IMG/VR virus record: IMGVR_UViG_3300032281_001326
Span: 28 to 64,027 of that record
Source of the DNA: a virus
Lineage: Duplodnaviria; Caudoviricetes
DNA: 64,000 bases
Strand: one strand, 5' to 3'
Part shown: positions 44,142 to 53,100 of the stretch, piece by piece
Position numbering within the stretch: the first letter of the stretch is position 1
Layout: each line of letters opens with the position of its first letter
Notes under the pieces: model-generated
Told to the model about the DNA's origin: nothing
The model's database searches: none
Seen by the model: the letters and a program-made list of their open reading frames with translations, nothing else
Position numbers and translations under genes: made by a program

Positions 44142-47100
44142 TTATTTTGCAAAAGTTTTAGTTTTCGGCGGTTTTTTATTTCCGGCGGCTTGATCAGCAA
44201 TAGACGTAACTTTATCAATAAATTCTGGAGAAGACAAGAATGAAGATAGCCCCGCCTTTATTTGTTCGGCAATTGCCGTAGCTGCATCTTTTCCTTCTCC
44301 AGCTGTTGAATTTACACTAAACGATACTGGCGCGCTTACGCTTACTCCACCAGCGGAGCCAGACTGAGCAGGTTGTTGCTCCGTTGTTCCAGACGCCTTT
44401 TTTTGAAGATCAGTTGAAATTTGCTGAACTGTAGTTAGGATACTTGAAATAAGCTGAGTAGGATCCTGCTGGGCAGATTGAGCTTTAGCCTTCTCATTTT
44501 CTTGTTTTTTTGTCTGTTCTTGCTCTGCATTTTTTTGTAAATTATTTGCGCCAGTCTGGGAAGACAACTGCTGCTGAGCTTGCTTTTGTTCTTTTAACAT
44601 TTTAAGTTCTTCAGAATAAGCCGCCTTGCCGCTTTCATTTTTCCAACCCTCTCCTTGAACATACCCATGTTTGCTCATTAGAGATTTATTTTCTTCGCTT
44701 GTGATAGCGCCACCAACCGTTGAGGCGGAAGCTTGCTTGACGCCCTCTTTAATAGCTGATACCATTTGCTGGCTTTGAGATGCAGATTCCGTAATAGGCG
44801 TCTTTGAGGAAAGAGCCGGACCAATCATTTCATTTCTGGTTCTTTCGTAAGCGCCTTTTGCTCCACCCTCTTCTCCGAGAGACGCATAAACATCTTTAAA
44901 TTTATCAAAACTCGGCACAACCATTTGAGACAATAAATCTTGGAAAGCAGATTGGTTTGCGCCGCCAGCTTTAGTAACCGCTATATTTTCATAAGTATCC
45001 CCTTTGCCGCTATAAGGGCTAATCGTAGTCTCTCTACCCGAACTTCTGTCTAGAGTTTGTTTTTGCTGTTTTGTTTTTTTGAGATTTTCTGTTGCCAAAG
45101 ATTGAGCCAAAGCAGTTTCCCTAGCTTTTTTATCATTGGCATAATAATTCATAGCCTGCTGAGCAGGCATGTTTTTCATAGCTATATTCCTACTTTGAGT
45201 AGCGGCTTCTGAAGCTTTTCGTGAAGCTTCATTCTTAGCTTGAGCAATTGGTGCAAATTCATCTTGCTTTTTGCGAATTTCTTCTGACGCCTTTGAAAGA
45301 CCAGCAGCTTCAGATTTTTTACTACTAGCCTGCTGAGATGCGGCTTTCAATGCTTCAATTTTTTTTACTTTTTCTTGAAGGGCTACAGCCTCGTCGTATT
45401 TTTTTCCTAATTCTTCTGGGGTTCCTATTCCAATTCTTTCTCTTTCTAGCTCGCCTGGAGCGCCCTTTCTATTTGAATTCTCTTCAATATATTTTTTCTT
45501 ATCTATTGATGTTATTGCGGCGGCTTTATCTTTATCTTCTTTACTAACCTCCATTGATTTAATAAAATCTTCAATAGGCAAATTATTAGCATTTCCGCCT
45601 AGAGATTCAACAGTAGAATCAACTTGCGCCTGAGCGGAAACGGCACTTTTATTAGCTTCTTTTAGTTTAGCAGAATTATCCGAGTATTGCTTGTCTAGTG
45701 ACTTAGCCTCTTGATTACTTTTTTGTGCCTCAGAAGAAGCCCTGCCCTTTTCTAAAACTGCGCCTATTGCGGCGGCAATTGCATCTGGTTGTTGCGATAA
45801 CAAGTCATTTGTTTGACCTCCAATACCAGATAAAAAATTAAATCCTTCATTTAGACTTTGGGTCTGTTTATCTTGACCACCAACCAACAACAGAGTAGCG
45901 GCTGCCCCCTCGTCGGTAGTGCTTTCAAATGCCTTCTTAAGCTCTGGGCTTAAATTTGCAAACTGACCACCGCTATAAGTTTTTAAAGCTTCATCCATTA
46001 CTTGCTTTCCGCCAACGTCTGCAACTCCAAGATCTTTAAATATTTTTAACTGAGCAACCCTATCTCCCCCACCTAATGTGGCAAGAGTTTTTTCCATTCT
46101 GCTAAAAACAGCAGGATCAACAACGCCTTTTCCCGCAGCTTTTAACTGATCCATCTGTTTTCTTATCTGGTCTGAAACTGCTTGAGCAAGAGCGCCAAAA
46201 TCTTTAGATTGACTAGACATAACAGGACTTCCGGTTATTTTACTTGCAGCTCCATAAAAATCTATAACCTTACCACTCATTGCCGCATTAGCCTTTTTAT
46301 CTTTTATTCCATATGTTTCAGCTCCACCGCCCTTTACATATCCTTGTTGCAAATCTTTTTGATTATATCCCAACGTTTTAAGATCTTTCAAAGAAGAAAT
46401 AGCCTGCTGAAAGGATTCGCCTCCATTATCTGTAATTAAACCCTTTATATCTGTTCCGCCAAAACCTTGAGCTTGACGAAGTTTAGACATAGTTCTTTGA
46501 AAAACTAATTGCTGAGCTTGAATAGCAAGATCCTTTTGTGAATTTTGTTTAATTTGGTCTAATTTCTTAGAGCTATCCTGCAATGTTTGATCTAATTGCT
46601 GACCAACTTTTGTTATGGCGTCAACGCCAACCGCACTAACTTCTTCTGGTTTTAATCCAGAAAGAGCCTCGCTTGTTTTTTGTCTTGCCCCTTCATAATC
46701 TCCCTTGAGTATCATCCCCTGAATTGGCAACAATGCTTTCTGTATAGAAGACTGAACGCCAAGCAGTTGATTCTGCTGATCCATCGACTGACCCCCGACG
46801 CCAAGCTTTGCTATATCAACATCAAGACTTCCGACTAAATCATTAACGGCAGAATTAAAAACATTAGAAGCCTCAAGTTGGGACTTATAGACATCAACTG
46901 TTAAATTATCTTTTGAAGCTTGAACTATATTTTTTTCTTTTTGTGACTCCGCAGCGTTTGGAGCCCCTCCTTCAGAATAAAATTCCTGCTTGAACTCTCC
47001 TGACGCAGCTCGCATTTTTGCGGCTGTTTCAACGCTAGAAATAAATCTTTCAAGAGAATCATTGAAGCTGCCATATATAGCTTCCGTTTCAGATTGAAGC

Positions 47101-50100
47101 TGCAATAAAGAAGCATTTGCTTTTTCTCTAATCGCAATCTCTTCTTTTATTTTTGCATTGTTTATTTCTTGTGATTTTTTCCATGCTTCTTGACTTTTTT
47201 GAACATCTTCAAATGATTTAGGCTTTAACTGAATTCCTTCAACGAAAGCCTCAGAAACCGCTCCTAAATCTGTTTGCGCGGCCGCAGAAGCAAAAGAGTC
47301 AATAACCTTTTCAAAATTAGCTTTTTGATCTACAGTAAGACTCTCTGATTGAGCCAAACTTCTCATTAACGCAATAGCTTGATTTTCTGTTCCCGCGCCC
47401 TTATCTGCAAGAGTAGGAGATGCATTTTCTAAAGCTTTTTTAATGGCGTCCGCATCAAGACCCTTTGTCAAATCAGAAACTAAAGTTTTATCTATTCCAG
47501 AGATAAGTTTTTTATCAGGTCCACCAAAAGCACCCTTACTCTCACTAAATTTTTGCAAAGACAAAGCCGACTCAGAAGCTCTAACAGAATCCTGCATCTC
47601 CCCAAGGATTTTTGCGTACTCTTCCTGTCCTTTTCCTTGCGCAACTGCTGAAATAAAGGAATCTCTTTGTGCTTGAGTTAGCTTACTTAATTCTTCAGCA
47701 TAAGCTTTTTGAGTTTTAACCATTATATCGGCAGCTTGACCAGGGTTTCCAGAATTTAACGCGTCGCCGTATTGCTCATTAAGCTGTAATAGTTTTTGAC
47801 CAGATTCGCCAAATCTACTCATTGCATCAGAGCTAGTCTGAAGAGATTTCTCCATATCTGGAACCTTACTAGTGACAGCTTTTATTCCATCATGAAAAGC
47901 CTTTATTACGCCTACACCAGTGCCAATTGCCGCACCCCAAGGACCAAACATTGCTCCAGTTCCAGCAAAGCTAGCAACAGTTCCAATTCCGCTAGCGATA
48001 GCCTTTGTTCCTCTTCCCTCCTTCGTATCGTCATTTCCAGCGTACTCTCCAGCCATACCAGCCACTGCTTGTAACCCAAACCCGGCACTTAAAGCATTTT
48101 CCTTAAAGAATTTTTTAGATTTTCCTGTAAAGCTTGTTTCTTTTTTCTTAGATTCTAGCCGTCCTCTCGTAGCTTCGACATTCTCAGAAAGCGCTGCTTG
48201 TTCAGCTTTATAAGCATCAACAGATGGCTTACTAGCAGCTATTTCATTCTCAATAGATTTTATTCTCTCTTTTACTTTTTTATATAACTCGCTATTTAAT
48301 TTTTTAAGGTCCGATTCTGCGGCTTGAACTAAAACCTGCGCTCTCTGCGCACCAGAAACATCCCCTTTTTGAGCAAGTCTATCTCGCAATTCCCGCGCCT
48401 TACCAGCTTTTGATTCAAGAGCCTTTGTTTCGGATGTAGATACGTCACCATAACCAACGCCCTCCAATCTTTCCTTCCTTCTTTCTAATCTTTCAGCCTT
48501 TTTTTCAGGGTTGCTAAAATTAGAAGCAGCTTGTTTTATCTGGTTTTCTAGTTCATCTAAAGATTTTTGAAGAGAATCTATTTCCAGTTTTTCTTCCGCG
48601 TTCGGACCAAAAAAGTTTGGCACAAAACCAGACGACGCACCACCGTAAGTTTTCGGGTTGCGTCCCTCTTTCTTGGCTCTTTTAATACCCTGGATTCCAC
48701 CAAGCGGCTCGTCCCTAGTATTAGCAACCATCAACCCCATAGGGTTATTTTTATTCTTTAAAGAACTATGTTTATCAACATATATTTGACTCTTGGACAA
48801 TCCAGATGATTGCTCTCTTGCAATTGCGTCATCAAGAGCGCTTGAGAAATTGGGAACAAAACCCGAACTCAATCTTTTATTAACTACCCTAGCATTTAAA
48901 AAACCAGGTTTTCCTATTAAATCAAGATTATCGTCAACAATTTTGGAGCCACGTCTTCCAGCTTCAGCAATCTTATCTTTTGGTTTAACGCCAAAATTAA
49001 TCTTATTAACAGGAAGACCCAGTCTTGAAGAAGTTTCGCTTATTGCTTTTTCAAACATCGGCGGACGACTTGTTAATATATCAAATTTCTTTTTTCCAGC
49101 CTTTAACTTTTTGCCTATCGGAAGAAGATCTTTTTCTTTCAAAGAACCTAATTGCCTTATGTATTCATCTGCGCCGCCTCGTATTGTTGGGATAATTGTA
49201 CCATCCCAATCGTACATATTTTTTCTAACCTGATCTGCAAAACTAGGAACAAAGCCAGAGGCTTTAGAAACCGGCGATCTCCACCACTTTAACGCAGACT
49301 CTCCCTTTGGAGTTTTTACATATTTAGAAAGCTTATCAAAATCATCTTTCGCAAAACCAGCAGACTCAAATTGAGGCTTAACATAATTCCAGTCTCCCAT
49401 TTTTAATGCATCTATAGCAAAAGATCTTCCAAAACCAAAACCAATAGCTTTTGATAAGTTTAATACCTTATCTTTTCCACGCAAAGGAAATCCCATCTGA
49501 GGTAAGAACGCTTCCAATCCAGCAACATCTATTCCAAGCTTACTCGCGGCTTTCATGTAAGCAGAATCATTTAAGCCAGCTCCCTCTTTTAACTTTTGGG
49601 CAACATTTGGATTTTTAATTCTTTTATTTATAGCTTCTATTAACTCTGGAGAAGCGAAGTTGGGCACAAACCCCCCTGATAATATTTTTTTTGTTTTATA
49701 TTCAGACTTATCTTTAAATATTCTAGAAACAGAAGCTCCTGGATATTCAGACACAAACCCTCTAGCTCCTTTTACAAAAGATGAAACCCCACCACTTCCA
49801 GAAGTAAATTGTTTTCTATCAGGAATTATAGAATCTCCTTCTTTTGCCCTTTTTTCGCGCAAAGACTTTATAGTATTTCTAGAGCCAACTAATAAATCTA
49901 AAGCGCCGCTTTCGCCAGATTTACGAAATATCTTTTTTAAATTTTCTGAAACTATTTCGTCTTTTGGCATAGACATTGTAGCCCTGTCAAGAATATAACT
50001 ATCAAATCTCGCTAAATCGTTAAATGACTTAACAATAGATCCGCCACTTTTCGAAGCCATTGTTGTTTTTCCGGAGCCAGATGGACCAATAATCGTTCTA

Positions 50101-53100
50101 ACGGGCTTATTCGTCTTTGCAAGAAAATCTAAAACGCTTTTGTATTCATTTCCTTTAATGACGTCTCCAGTTATTATTCCGCTTGCAAAATTAGGAACAA
50201 AGCCAGAAGAATGTTGAGTTTGCAAATCGACTCCAAGACCGCCGTATTCGCCAGCTTCTATATTACCAAAATAGCTTTGTAATTTTTTTGGATCTTTTTT
50301 TAATTCTGAAATTTTTGCATTAACAAATGACGTAAACTGATCACGCGTCATTTTTTCCGCTTCTAAACCCTTATGCCCATAAACCTCGAAAACAGAACTC
50401 TTAGCAAGATCGGCCCTCTTTATTTGCGGATATAATGTTTCAGCAGAAACGGGTTCGCCTTTTTTTATTTTTTCTAATAAGCGATTCATTTGAGGCAGCA
50501 GCTGCCCCTTCATTTTTTTACCTACGCTTCTTTTTATAGCCTCTTTGTACAATTCGCCAGAAATGCCTCTTCCTCTATATGCCTTATTTACAGATATATC
50601 ACCGATGTCAATCGTTCCATCTTTTCGAGTTGAAGTTTCAAATCCTCCAACTTTCTTGCCTCCCATAATCGCATTAAGAGAGCTAATTCCAAATTCGTCC
50701 TCTTTGGTCTGAGAAAATGATAATTTTGATTTCGCAAAATTAGGAACAAATCCAGAAGCTATTCCATTTGGAAAAAGGCTTTCTAAATTAACAAACTGAT
50801 CGTTATCTTTTTCAGGATCCAAACCAAAAGAACGCATGGTCTTGTCAAGGTCCTTAACATGTTTTTCCGTATAATAATCTATGCCAAGCCTAGGATACAT
50901 TAGGGCTTTATAAGCACTAGACCCCACGCTGTTCCTATTTAAATGCGCTTTAAGAGTGCTTGGTCTAAAAGATCCAGTTATTGGCACTCTTGGTAAAAGA
51001 GGATTTTTTCTTCTAATATTCTCAATTAACTTTGAAGAATCCAAAAGCAGCTTTGGGACGTTAGGACCAACAATCATTCCAGCTTCTATTTTTTTAATTG
51101 CGCCACTCATAAATAAACGAAGCAGATCCCTCATTGGGTTACCTCTGCTAGAGCTTAAATAGTTTATTTTTAGTGTTCCATCGTTGTCTAGCAAAGCATC
51201 CGAGCCTGTCCTTTGTGACACTTCCTTAGCAAAATTAGGAACAAATCCTGAAGATAGTCCTTTTACAGCAATATATTTAGAAAGAGAGCTTGATCTATTT
51301 TGAGGAGTATCAGTTATTTTCGCTTCATAGCTTCCAGTTGCACCATGGAAAAATGATCTTAATCTTTCCGAAGGATTCGGAAAGTCAATTCTATCTCCTT
51401 GACCTTGTGCCGGAACATTAAAAGCTCCTCTAACAGCAGATTCGAAAACTGTACCAGCAGCACTAAAAACAGAACCAGTATTGGCCAGCTGTTTATAATT
51501 AGAAAATTTTGAACCACTCCCAGGGTTAAAGGTTTCTGATAAATTATTAGCCTCAGTAACAAGTGCATCACCAACCCTATCTTGAATGCTACCGCCCCTT
51601 AATTGTTTACCATTTAATCCAGCTGTACCAATACTAGCCAGATATCTAGTTTTCTGACCAGTTTTTTTATCTTCTTTCGTGTAATCAGCTATTTTTTTAG
51701 AATATCCTTCAGCGCCAGCATGAATCATGGTATAATCTTCAAGTTTGCCCAAATCTTTAACTGGAACATTGCCTCCGGAAGTAGCCTTCTGATTTGCGAA
51801 ACCAGCTCTACCAGCTAATGTAGAATCACCACCACCTACTCTCTCTCTGTACAAAGCCTTTAATGCAGCTGGTTTAAAAGACTGTATATCGTATTCTTTT
51901 TTAAATTGCACCGGATCATTAATAGCATAAAACTTATCCATTACCATCTGCGTCATTCTGTCAGATGCTTTAGCTGATGCAAAATTAGGAATAAAGCCAG
52001 AAGCCATTGCGGATTTATTTCCATATGAATCCATTTTGGAAACATAATTATTCATTTTCTCGGTGCCCAAGCCTTTTGCAACCCTATAAGAATAACTTTC
52101 ATCCACAGCCTTTTTTGCTCTTTTCTGGACGACGGAAGATTGTTTCGGATTATCTGCCTGAACTAAAAGCCCCCTAATAGAAAAATTATCTCTACCAATG
52201 GTCCATTTGTCTAACTGATTATTTTCTCCATAATTTTCAGGCGCAGCCCTTAGCATTTTGGTATAAACATCACTTTGACTATAACCGCCAGCCTTTACTT
52301 CTAGAAAATCAAAAACACTACCTCCAGATCTTACTCCGTCTATAGAGGAGTTACCCTTATTATATAATTTAGCCTGAATATTGCTGTCATACCCATATTG
52401 TTTAATTATACGAGACTCATATTGAGCCTCAGACTCACCGGGCTTAATTGCCTCATATTGGGTAAAAAGTTTTCCACCGACCAGCGATACGTTATCTTTT
52501 CTATTTAACCTTGGTAATGATTTGTTTTTTTTCGCATCTTCTTCTGATTTTTTTAATTTAAAACCTATAGATCTAAATTTATCCAATGATCCAATATTTA
52601 CAAAATTAGGAACAAATCCACCAGCAGCATATTGAGTATTTTCACCAAACCCATTGGGCGGACGAACTACTGTAGCTTTCTTACCAGCGGAATTAGTAAA
52701 GGTTTTTACATCCTCTTTACTATTAACAAAAGATTTGAAAGATTTACCATTGCCGTCATGAATAGTTGTTTTTTTAGCTTTTCCAGCTTTGTAACCATGC
52801 TGTCTAGCCCCAGAATTTTCCATCGCCTGACCAATGGCTTGGTCCGATGCAAAGTTTGGTATAAAACCAGAAGACGCGGCTTTTTTACCTTTTGCTGCCG
52901 CAACCATTGGTACGCCGCTTGCGCCTACGCTAACGCCAACCTTGGACAAGTTAGCCCCTATTACTTTACTTAATCTTTCTTGCTCTCTTAAAATATTTGA
53001 TTGAGCAGTTAAATAATCAAGCATTTGCTTTTCAGCCTGAACGGTAGTTATTTTACCACTTAAAATCTGATTAGTAAATTGGTTATTCTTTTGAAGTATA

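Larger units (their letters stand above)
48612..52868 (-). repeat. Ten dispersed in-frame repeats encoding [AS]-[SG]-G-F-[VI]-P-[NS]-F
   Basis: GF(V/I)P(N/S)F at 52851-52868, 52602-52619, 51981-51998, 51231-51248, 50736-50753, 50187-50204, 49656-49673, 49239-49256, 48846-48863, 48612-48629. Confidence 0.97.

Noticed and set aside
48612-52868. The ~25-bp TMP repeats as a CRISPR array
   Set aside because: The spacers are ~220-730 bp, unequal and coding in frame; the repeats are translated.
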